This document shows, piece after piece, positions 11,893-22,781 of a stretch of DNA of 64,000 bases (its first letter is position 1; each line of letters starts with the position of its first letter). This stretch comes from Selaginella moellendorffii. Its lineage: Eukaryota; Plantae; Lycopodiophyta. Where the stretch lies: NCBI RefSeq assembly GCF_000143415.4, contig NW_003314275.1, forward strand, positions 2,089,419 to 2,153,418. Direction: 5' to 3'. A program made the translations under genes and the position numbers. The notes beneath the pieces were generated by a model that saw only the letters and a list, made by a program, of their open reading frames with translations, searched no databases and was not told the DNA's origin.

Positions 11893-14727
11893 CTCTCCTT
11901 CTTCAATCACTTTTAACAATTTGTGTTTTGCAGACTGGGACAGTTTGTAGTGCAGAAACAAAGCCTAGTACATGATATCGAGCAGATCCGGTTTCTTGCC
12001 AATCTCGACAAGGATGCAGTCTGCAGCCACTATAGTGATGATTTAGCATCACTTATTCGACATCAACGAGGTCGTCAGGATGCCAATAGATGGTACAAGA
12101 ATTCAGTGGCTTTTATGACAGCTGTGTGGAGTAAAGTATGTTCTTTTAAGTATACTTCTTATCATAGAATGTTTGTGTTGTCTTCAGCCATTGGTGAAGG
12201 TTAAGCAAGATGCATATGCACAGTCGCATCAAGCTGAAAATGATCAAGAACTCTCAGAGCATTTAGCTGCAATTGACAAGAAAATCAACAGCACAAAGAA
12301 AACAAAGGTAAAGAAATTACTTAGTGTGGCTGACCCTCGACGCCCAAAGGAGTGGTTCGATATTATAATAGAGATTGCTTATCATGAAAGTAAGTATTGT
12401 TTGTATTTACATGAAGGTTCTCACAAAAGTTATTTTTTAGTGGGCAAGATTCCAGATGAGATTATTTACAACATCTCAAAGTCAAAACTTACATATGAGG
12501 AACAGATACACATTCTGAACGACCTCAATAGCAGACTCAGGGAAGGAGAAAAAGGTTTGGACAGTATGATGAAGACTGTGATGAGGAGGACCGTCTACAT
12601 TTCACAAACTGTATACGAAGGGGAGATGTTTTTAGTGCCTTTCATAGGGGATGATCCTGAGCAACTTCCATTTAAGGACTTCGTCACCATTGAGCTTACA
12701 AAACTTGGAGAGGACTGGCTGCCAAAGAAGGCCACAAGCACGACTCCATTTGATAAACAACTTAGCCAACCTTACTTCATGCGTCGAGCGGCTTTCAGGT
12801 AACATACAATTTCTCAACTATACTCAATTGTTTATATTTTATTATAGGTATCTCCAATATAGAGGCGTTCCTCTCGAAACACCGGTATGCACACGCCTCT
12901 TGAGGCATGGTGTGAGAGATGGAGGCATGTACTCGACAACAATGAAGTTTCTAACAGCAATAAAGCACGCTTGTCCTTGGGAATTGGAGATGCCAGATTA
13001 TGAACCAACCCACCATGAGGCTGCAAGAGGCAACAATGATGACAAAGATGATGGCCATGAGAATGTCAACCCTGTTGGTGCCAATGGCGAGCAAAGCAAA
13101 GATGGCGGTGAGAACGAGATTCTTCGAGACGAAGTCGAACAAGAGAACCAGAACATCCAAGAAGTTCTACCTCGACGAAAGCGAGCAAATCCACATCTGG
13201 AGGAATTAGTCAACAGTGATAATGATCATCCAAGACGTCCCCGTAACCGAGGAACTTCTCGAGGTATATTTCTTTTTATTCTCTCCTTTTCTTAGTTCCT
13301 CAAAATGGTTGCAGCAAAAACTGTCGGGAGTAACTTCATTCCAACTCGTCTTGATGCTCGAGAAGAGGACTTGGAGGAACTTACATCTACCACACGCCAC
13401 ATGACGGTATGTAAATTTTTCTTAAGTTCACATTTTATCTTTGTCTTCCCCCCCTAGATTCGCCTTGTATCTCTAGTGGCATTCCGTGGTGAAGTTGGGA
13501 TCTTTATTGGCTCCTATAGTTCATTGATGGCATCTTTTGAGGAGGATGCTGAGAATATGGCTATCCGGCAAAAGTGGGAGCGCTTTTTTCAGAAGATCCA
13601 TAGGCGACCACTCAAGAGCACAAACTTCATGCTCTTTGACATGCCAGATGGTCTTCCAGACGCTAATGGTGATGTCCCAAGCTGGAACAACCTGACTAAA
13701 GACCACTTGAAGGATGCATTCCTTTTGGCAGCAATTCTCCTTCACACAACCGGTCAAGTTGCCTTCATTCTCCCGAATGACCCCCATTGGATGTCTTGCC
13801 TTATGAGGTATGCAAGTCGAGTCAACTTCAAGAGGTTCTCTTCTGGATGCATCATGGATAGTGTTGGGGTCGAGACCAAAGGTGTCCTAGGCATGCTAGA
13901 GAAGGTAAGAAATCATTTTCTGTTTTGGTTGTCTCTAAAGTTTTATTATTCAGGTTATGATGTGGACCTACCATGTGTTTTGCAAAAAAGAAAATGACGG
14001 TTTTCGTGATAGCGAGCATGCTGCAAGGGTTTTGCCAGGGTATGATAGCTTTACTGACATCATACCAAATCTCATAGACGACGACATCCGCAACACATTG
14101 TCTAGGTATCAGTTCCAATCTCCATTGGCGATGCATGTCCTATTTGAGCTTTATTGCCCAACTAGAGGTGTTGTCATCGATTGCACAGCAGGTAGTGGTT
14201 CGATGGTCGAAGCAGCACGTGACTCTGGTAGATTGGTGTTTGCGATTGAAGAATATGAGTTCTTCAAACGCCGTCTTCGAGGTTTTCATCCTTCTCTATC
14301 AGTTGCTTCTAGGAGGTAATTTATGATGTTTTAAAAACTTATAAATAATATATATTTAGTTTTCTAGAAGTCTTCCTAGGTATGCATGGCACATCATATG
14401 CAATGTGTAAATTGAGGAGTGGTATGAAAAATCTATTTATTAATGATACATTAAAAGACAATTGAATGCAATGAGAAAGATGTGTCACATGTCAATGTGA
14501 TAATGATTGTGACACTGACAGTGTCAGTGTAGCAGATAGCGACAGTGATAGTGTCAGTGACAGAGATGACAAAGTTACAATGTCAGTCTGTCAAATTTCA
14601 TAATTACTAGTATTATCAGTTTATTATCTATAGGTAATACAATTTTGTTAATAAAAAAAAGGCGAGAGGGGGGGGGGGGGGGGGATGAATAATATCATAG
14701 TGTAAGAATTATTAGTGGCTGGAATTT

Positions 14728-15276
14728 TCAGTAGGATGGCCTAAAAATACCATATTCAGCACTTGTGGATGTAGAATTTACTAACGGAATATTGTTCCTC
14801 ACCATGAAATGATAATGATTGTATGTTCTTAACTCTTTCTTGATTTTCTTATACATCCATTTATGCACACCTTCCACACTAGTTCTTGGGCAGTTGTGAC
14901 AGTGTTCTAGAAAAGTTTCTAGACCCATACAGCCTTCCATTTTATCTAAATAAAAGTAGCAGATGGGACACTGGAGATAATATGTGTTCATTCTTTCAAA
15001 AGTTTCAACCATATCGGAAGCAAGATCTTGAAGAAACATCTGGCATTGCTCTTGAAGCACATGAGGCAATCCATCTTTAATAGCAACATCTAGAACATTA
15101 TCTAGAAGAGGGATCTCTTGTTCAGTCACACTTGGGGCTACAAAAGAAAAAGCCTCACAACGATTGATGTATGGAGGGAAGGGTGGAATGTTGGTAGAAG
15201 TTAGAGATGGAGGTGGAGACTCATATGAAATGCATGGGGGCCAAGTGCGAGTAGTAATAGCATTTTCCCTAGCCAT
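14728..15276 (-). CDS. Small MULE-borne protein with putative CxxC...HxxxC zinc site (unknown function)
   Basis: 182-aa ORF with QCPICYFY...FLEHCHNCP. Paralogous to 15535-16089 and to decayed copies at ~19400-20534. Confidence 0.55.
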   Translation of the reverse strand: MARENAITTRTWPPCISYESPPPSLTSTNIPPFPPYINRCEAFSFVAPSVTEQEIPLLDNVLDVAIKDGLPHVLQEQCQMFLQDLASDMVETFERMNTYYLQCPICYFYLDKMEGCMGLETFLEHCHNCPRTSVEGVHKWMYKKIKKELRTYNHYHFMVRNNIPLVNSTSTSAEYGIFRPSY

Positions 15277-15534
15277 TCCTACACTCTAAACAAATTGAAA
15301 TTTCAATGTTGAAAGCATCCCTTGTTGGTATTTATACTAAGAAAAGATCTAGGGGTTTTTGAAAGTTTAAATTGTCAGTCTCAAAAATGGGACTTCAGAA
15401 TTATAACAGTGTCAGAACCACTTGTATATATAATAATATCTTTATACATGCTAGAATAATATCATTCTCGAAAATATAAGATTCTCCACTTTACTCATAA
15501 AGAATTAACCTTTTGAAAAAACTATGCATAACTT

Positions 15535-16089
15535 TCACATTACATTAAAGGGTGGCCTAAATATCCCATATTCAACACTTACTGATGCAGTGTTCACCAA
15601 TGGAATATTGTTCTCCACCATGAAATTATAATAGCTGTGTGTTTTTAATTCTTTCTTGATTTTCTTATACATCCACGCGTGCACACCTTCCAAACCCGCT
15701 CTTGGGCATTTGCGACAATGCTCAATAAAATTTACCAAACCCATGCAACCATTTGTCTTGTTTAAATAAAAGTTTCATATAAGACACTGAAGATAATATG
15801 TATCTACATTAAGCTCCGCTGCCATATCTGGAGCAAGATTTTGAAGAAAATATTGATATCGCTCTTGAAGCATTGGAGGCAATCCAACTTTTTTAACAAC
15901 ATCATAAGGAAGGAGTTTTTGTTCAGTTGCACTCAAGGTCGCAAATGGAAGAGCCTCACAACAGCCCTCAAAATGAAAAAGAGGATTGTTGCGTAGAGGT
16001 GAAGGTGGATTATTGGTTGAGATTGAAGATGGAGGTGGAGACTCATATGAGAGGCCTTCGGGACCAAAAGTAAACTTCTTCCTAACCAT
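15535..16089 (-). pseudogene. Tandem paralog of the small Zn-site ORF, frameshifted
   Basis: Shares SYESPPPS, GLP..LQE, NLAPDM, YYLQC, EHCRKCP, VHAWMYKKIKKEL and NNIPLVN..EYGIFRP with 14728-15276. Split into two frames near 15770. Confidence 0.6.
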
Positions 16090-16530
16090 TGCAACACACA
16101 AGAAGAATTAAACTTCCTAGAAATAAGAATTCTTTTATTAATATACTATATTTCAATCTCAGGAATGATGTTTTATTATGACATGACACTATAGTGAATG
16201 ATAATTGTCAGTCTTAGTAATTACAACCTACTATGAGAAACAAGTGGCTATAGGGTTTCAGAAGCTAAAAACTAGCATATAATTAATATGTAGCCTTATT
16301 TTATATAGTTGGCCTGCCATATATAATAATAGCGAATATACACAGGCACGCAAGTATGCATTTTTGCAAGATTACCTTTCAATCCCAAAATCATATATAG
16401 ATTTAATTCTTTGATTTGTCTACATCATATATCTTTGCAAAGACAAAACATATCAAAAGGAATAAGATATATATAAAAAACTTACATTTTTTTATAATAT
16501 TTTAGTGGATTACAAAAGCCATTGAAAGGT

Positions 16531-16776
16531 TTATAGAGTGGATTTATTAATGCTTTCCGCTGTATTGTCCATTTCTTCTTTTCTCTTGCTCTGGATTGTT
16601 GTTTCGGAAGTAACAGGAGCATTTTTATCAATAGTGACAGTGGTTTCCACATTCCCGGATGGGTAATAAGGACCAGACATGTAATATGAAGATTGTGGTA
16701 GTGAAACAAAATTCACATTCTCACATTTCTGTATGCTAGAACTACTTACAGATTTTTTGTCTTCCTTGCTTCCCAT
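16531..16776 (-). CDS. Small hypothetical MULE ORF (81 aa)
   Basis: ATG-initiated ORF with an AAACCCTA telo-box just upstream; a homologous decayed copy starts at ~18742 (+). Confidence 0.3.
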   Translation of the reverse strand: MGSKEDKKSVSSSSIQKCENVNFVSLPQSSYYMSGPYYPSGNVETTVTIDKNAPVTSETTIQSKRKEEMDNTAESINKSTL

Positions 16777-17124
16777 TTTTGTAAACCCTAAAGAATGAAC
16801 AAGTGAATCAGTGTTTCGAATTATTTATATATTTCTGGTCAATTGTTGAAATGTACAATAGAAATTTTCCAGTTCATTCGAACTTCAATATTCCCATTTT
16901 ATTTGGGACCAATAAAGCCCAAAAATTTCTATGGGTTCAGACGAACTTCTAATTCTAGAAATTGTATAAACTGCATTAGAAAGATTCAAAAAATAAAAAT
17001 CTCTCTGAACCATTGATACTTAAACTCATAAATTTCAAGTTCACCAAAGAATAACATTTTTCTGACTTAATATTTCCTTATAAAACTTATGGTTGACTTT
17101 GTTGACTAGCATTGACTTGAGCTG

Positions 17125-17169
17125 AATTGAGCTCAACTCATGAACTTAACTCAACTTTGGACCATCCTC
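17125..17169 (-). repeat. Right terminal inverted repeat of the MULE
   Basis: Ends ...ACCATCCTC and is followed by the TSD GGGAGGTT. Confidence 0.8.
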
Positions 17170-18326
17170 GGGAGGTTGAGATCAAGAATAATAAAGTCAA
17201 ACCATCAACTGCTAGGCAAAAGCTACTATGTCAACAAACAGGAAACCAGCCAGGAAAGAAGCAAGTATTGAGCCCAATGGAAATGAGCCCATGTGAGACT
17301 TTAATGGATTAACTCCCAAAGTTTCTTATTTATAACTTTCAAGAAAAATTATGGCAAGTCTTTTAAAATAAATATGGAATGGAAAATATTTGGTAGAATC
17401 TCCCATGTTTACTCCCCCTGGCCTAATACAACATACCCATCACATGGCCATCTCACACATGTGAATAGCATGCACATAATATCTATATATATATAAAGTG
17501 ATAGTGGGGAGGCCTGCCGGCTGTTGGATCCTAGGCCCAAGCCAAGCTCAGTATCCATGGTTGTGGGAAAAATCATGTTGATGTTTGGATGGCCAATCAA
17601 TAATGGGCATGTTACCTGGAAGAGAAGAAGCTCATTGAGTGTTGTGGGTGAAAGCCAAAGATTAGAAAAGACATGCATTGGTCTAGGAATCACATTGCAC
17701 CCAGGACAGGAGAAATCTACCCACTACCTTTGATCCATTCCCAATAACATGTACTCTTAGCATTGTCAAGTGGTGATGAAGGATGATTGTGATGAGAATT
17801 AGCATTGGGCTCACACCAGGGTTGCCCGCAATTATTTGGAACCATGCTGCATCACAACCCGATGCTTTTACTTCTGGAATTGGCTAGCACTAGAATTACT
17901 CTAGAGCTTCCAAGATCAATTGAGACCAAGAAAGTAAGTCAGCTGTTGACACTGGGCATAATTTTCTTTTTTTCTTGCAGTTTTAGTGTGACCATCAAGA
18001 GGAAGAAACTTTGTGCCAATTGTAAGTGTCAAGAGCTAGAATGCTGGGAGAAGGTGTCTTGATGGGCTGGCCACACAATCAATAATGACAGCTTCTAATT
18101 TAGCCTTCAATCACAACAATCTAGCCTTTTATGTGTTATGGACATTTCATATGTGTTTATTTGAGTTTGTGGACACTATCAACCAGCAGAGCTGGAGCCA
18201 AAGCTAACCTTCAATGCAGCCAGAATCATTAGAGAGTTTGCAATCCTTATTCTTCCGCATGAAAGAACAAGCCCAATGTGAGTTTTTGAAGTTATAGCTT
18301 GCAAACTCCATCCACTTCTCATGGCT
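17170..18326 (+). pseudogene. 3' continuation of the decayed Sola2-like transposase
   Basis: EVEIKNNK...LPKFLIYNFQEKLWQ continues the frame from 1917. Later degenerate HGxGKxxxD-like and Cys-rich motifs. Confidence 0.4.
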
Positions 18327-20534
18327 GGGGATGGTCTAAATTTGAATTGAGCTCAATTTAGTTTAAGTCAATGCTGGTCAACATAGTCAACTTTAAGTTT
18401 TATAAGGAAATGTCAAGTCAGAAAAATGTTATTCTTTGGTAAACTTGAGATTCATGAATTTAATTGTCAATGGTTTAGAGAAATTTCTATTTTTTGAATC
18501 TTTCTAATGCAACTTATACAAAAAAATACTGATTGAGTAGTTTCTAAAATTAAAAGTTTGTTTGAAACCATAGAAATTTTTGGGCCTTTTTGGTCCCAAA
18601 TAAAAATGGGAATATTGAAGTCCAAACGAGCCTGAAATTTCTATTGTACATTTCAATATTTTGGCATTTCAACAATTAACTAGAAATATATAAATAATTC
18701 AAAACACTGATTCACTCATTTATTCTTTAGGGTTTACAAATATGGGAAGCAAGGAAGACAAAAAATCTGTGAATAATTCTAGCATACAGAAATGTGAGAA
18801 TGTTAATTTTGTTTTACTACTACAATTTTTATATTACACTCTTAGTCCTTATTACCCATCTGGAAATGTGGAAACCATTATTACTATTAATAAAAATGCT
18901 TCTATTACTTCAATCTAGAGAAAGAGAAACGAAGAAATGGATAGCACAACAGAAAGCACTAATAAATCCACTTCATAAAGCTTTTTATGGCTTTTATAAT
19001 CCACTAAAATATTATAAAGAAAACTAAGTTTTTTATATATATCCTATAAGTGTACATAGTATATATGATGTGAATGAATAAAAAAGTTAAATCTATATAT
19101 GTTTTTGAGATTGAAAGGTAATCTTGCAAAAAGGTGTGTTTGTGTGTCTACATGTATTTGCCATTATTATATATGGTAGACTAGCTATATAAAATAAGGC
19201 TATATATTAATTATATGCTAGTTTTTAACTTCTTATAGCCACTTGTCTTCAATAATAAGTTGTAATTACTGAGAATGACAATTATGATTTAATATATTGC
19301 CACGTCATAATAAAATGTCATTCTTGAGATTGAAATATAGTATATTAATTAGAGAATTTTTATTTTTGGAAAGTTTAATTCTTCTTGTGTGTTGCAATGG
19401 TTTGGAAGAAATTTAGTTTTGGTCCTATAGGCCTTTCATATGAGTATCCACCTCTATCTCTAAGCTCAATCAATAATTCACTTTCACCTTTATACAATAA
19501 TCCTCCTGTTGTGAGGCTTTTTCATTTGCGACCTCGAGTGTAATTGAATAAGAGTTCCTTCCTTATGATGTTAAAAGAGTTAAATTAGCTTCAATGCTCC
19601 AAGAGTGATATCAATATTTTCTTTAAGATTTTGCTCCAAATATGGCATGAAAGCTTGATATAGATATATATTACCGGTGTCCTATATGCTACTTTTATTT
19701 GAACAAGACAAATGGTTGTATAGGTTTGGTAAATTTTATTGAGCATTATCGCAAATGCCCAAAAGTGGGTTTGGAAGATGTGCACGTGTGGATATATAAG
19801 AAAATCAAGAAAGAATTAAAGACATACAGCTATTATGGATTTATGGTGAAAAATAATATTCCATTAGTGAACATTGCATTAGTAAATGCTGAATATAGGA
19901 TATTTAAGCCACCCTTTAATATAATGTGAAAGTCATACACAGTTTCTTAAAAAATTTAGTTCATTATGAGTAAAGTGGAGAATCTTATATTTTTGAGAAT
20001 GATAGTATTTTAGTATGTATAAAGACATTATCATATATACAAGTGGTTCTAACACTATTATAATTCTGAAGTCCCATTTTTGAAACTGAAAATTTAAACT
20101 TTCAAGAACCTTTAGATCTTTGTTTAGTATAAATACTAATAAAGCATGCTTTCAACATTGAAAATTTAGTTTGTTTAGAGTGTAAGAATGGCTAGGGAGA
20201 ATGTTGTTGCTACTCACACTTGGCCTCCATGCATTTCATATGAATCTCCACATCCATTTCTAACTTCTACCAACATTCCAACTTTCCCTCCACACAATAA
20301 TCGTTATGAGGCTTTTCCTTTCATAACCTTAAGTGACTAAATAAGAGATCCCTCTTTCAGATAATATTTTAAATATTACTACTAAAGATGGATTGCCTCA
20401 TGTGCTTTAGGATTAATGCTAGATGTTTTTTCAAAATCTTGCTCTAAATATGTCCCATATGCTACTTTTATTTGGATAAGACAGAAGGCTACATGAGTCT
20501 AGAAAATTTTCTAGAACACTGTCACAACTACCCA
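18327..20534 (-). mobile_element. Second, inverted, highly mutated right arm of the same MULE family
   Basis: Begins GGGGATGGTCTAAATTTGAA (TIR) and is colinear with the reverse complement of 14888-17169, including decayed copies of the small ORFs. Confidence 0.85.
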
Positions 20535-22143
20535 ATATAGAATAAAATTTAGAGTTCAATGAATATTTAAGAATAATAGGAATAACATATTAGCAATATA
20601 AATCAATAATAAGATCCATATTAACAAATAGAAAAATGTATTATAAATGAAAACCAAAAGATATAAACACAAATACTTTTAATGACAAATTATCAAAATT
20701 ATGACAATATGTAATTTAAATGTATTATCACACCTTCTTTGACAATACTAAAGGTATTAGGAGTTAAACTTTTGTATATCTTGAGCATAGTATTGTCAAG
20801 TATTTTACTCGGTAATTTGTCGAGCTGTTTGAGCAATTTTGTTAAATTTATCATTCACTGGCTTAGTAAGACATACAAGATAGTTTAGTTATTGCTTTTC
20901 TTATACTTTTGCTTAGTTACACAGATTGAGGATCAACTAACTTCCATTTAGGTCTATAAGTAAAATGTATCTTCTAATATATGTAGTAGATAGCTAGTAA
21001 ACATTCTTATTTTGTCTACCCCATTCAACTTCTATTAAGATAGTGGAGGGTCATCAATCCTTAATCTCTCCACTTAAGTGCACAGGAGGTCCTTTACTTT
21101 CTATCTGTGTTTAGTGTGGTTAAGATTAATTTAATGTAAGGTCTTTGGCACATGATAGCTAATTCCAGAGTAGCTTGTCTGTTTCACAGTGGGTCTTACC
21201 CTTTAGACAAACTAGATCAACACTAAAGACTAATTTGAATAGGGTGTTGAGACCACTTTGTAAAATTACTCTATGGAATAAAAAAAATTGTCTAGAGTAT
21301 GATAGTTTATTTTAGATTAATTTACTTGTGGATGACATTATATAGCCTTTTAATCATGTGATAGCTAATTTGTGGAAGATTTTGCTTCAAATTTAAACAA
21401 AAATTTCTTTTCAAAGTAAATTTCTTTCTAGCCTCTTCATTAACAGGCAATTCTAGTCAATAAAAGTCTTTGCTCAAGCTTGTATGACAGATTTTTAAGC
21501 TTTTCATAATCTTAAAATTTCTAAGAGTGTCTAAGGCCATTTAACCTTTTTAGACAAAATCCCTTTTATAATTAATTCACCTATGTGTATTGGGTGTAGA
21601 GTAGTTTAAACGGTTCAAATAGTTAGAGCGGTTTGTGATAATTATTTTTGAATTTTCAACTTGTGAGTCTTATTTAAGTCTTATAGGCTCTTGCAATATG
21701 TGTAAAAGACAAACTCGGGACAAGTCTACTTTCAAACTGTGTTTGAGTAATTATCCAAGCTAAAGAACCTTGGATCAAAGCCTTGAGATAACATAATGTT
21801 TTAATTATGATTTTGCCTCTATTAAAGCCTTATAAGATTTGGGTGAATAATTCCCCAATTTATTCTTCACTAAGGTAGCCACTCTAGCTCTCTTTAAGCT
21901 GGAGTTAAAGACAAAAGTTACAAATTCCCAATTTTCCTACTTGTGTTTGCTTAGAAAAATTGTGACACAATGTTGAAATATGTGTCCTTTAAAAACACAA
22001 GTGAGAACTTATTTAGAAGGAAAGAATTTTAGAGTAGTTAATTGTGTTTTTTACATCAAACAAACTCCATTCTTTTTTCTTTTGGATTTTCTCAAGAAAT
22101 TACTAACAAAACAATTTGAACTTGAGTTTCTTGACAATGTATG

Positions 22144-22781
22144 TGTAAGGTCCTGAGTTTGGACTTCCCGGGAGGTCACCCAGCCCAGTACTATTCAAAC
22201 CCAAGGACGCTTAACCCCAACTATCCCAAGACCCTTAACCGATTGGAAAAGGGGGTGCACTCTTATTCATGGGCCCTTTCCCTCTATATTTGAACCCCTA
22301 TGGATCGTCTCTCGAGTCGTTCCCTTTGGTTGCTTACAATCCACCACGCTTCCCTGCAAGTTCACGCCCTCGTGAACGGAAGCTGAGAGCCGCAACTCTC
22401 CCGAGAGCCCCGCTCTCTTGACACCCTACCCCTCGGGTCGAGCCCAGCGGGAGCAAACTAGACCAGCCAGATGTCAATTAACATGTGGTGCGATTCCCTT
22501 AGCCAACCAATAGAGTCGGACCCACATGTGGTGCGATTCCCTTAGCCAACCAATAGAGTCGGACCCAAGACCCCTCTGATACCAAATGTAAGGTCCTGAG
22601 TTTGGACTTCCCGGGAGGTCACCCAGCCCAGTACTATTCAAACCCAAGGACGCTTAACCCCAACTATCCTAAGACCCTTAACCGATTGGAAAAGGGGGTG
22701 CACTCTTATTCATGGGCCCTTTCCCTCTATATTTGAACCCCTATGGATCGTCTCTCGAGTCGTTCCCTTTGGTTGCTTACA
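22144..22781 (-). mobile_element. Cassandra TRIM retrotransposon (5S rRNA-derived LTRs)
   Basis: Two 195-bp LTRs (22144-22338, 22587-22781) differing at ~1 base; TG...CA termini; TSD GTATG. Minus-strand PBS TGGTATCAGAG. LTRs contain the 5S core GTTAAGCGT...AGTACTGGGCTGGGTGACCTCCCGGGAAGTCC. Confidence 0.95.

Larger units (their letters stand above)
6673..14319 (+). pseudogene. ParB/Srx-like + beta-class N4C/N6A DNA methyltransferase fusion gene (MULE cargo), disrupted
   Basis: Micro-exon MPPR (6673-6684) splices to KRKQ (7559). Pro-rich linker; IREIPL...FYIIDGNHR; further exons from 11934; MLFDMPDG...PSWNN (motif IV-like), then VVIDCTAGSGSMVEAARDSGRLVFAIE (motif I). TAG at 9998-10000 and a solo LTR inside exon 2. 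Confidence 0.75.
1918..17169. mobile_element. Complete Mutator-like DNA transposon (~15.25 kb) with cargo genes
   Basis: Left end GAGCGTGGACCATACTTGAG...GAGTTGAGCTCAATT (1918-1978) matches the reverse complement of the right end, GAGGATGGTCCAAAGTTGAG...GAGTTGAGCTCAATT (17125-17169). Flanks are GGGGGGTT (1910-1917) and GGGAGGTT (17170-17177). The host reading frame ICAW|EVEIK rejoins across the site. Confidence 0.85.

Noticed and set aside
22160-22660. 5S rRNA genes
   Set aside because: Only partial 5S cores, embedded in Cassandra LTRs.
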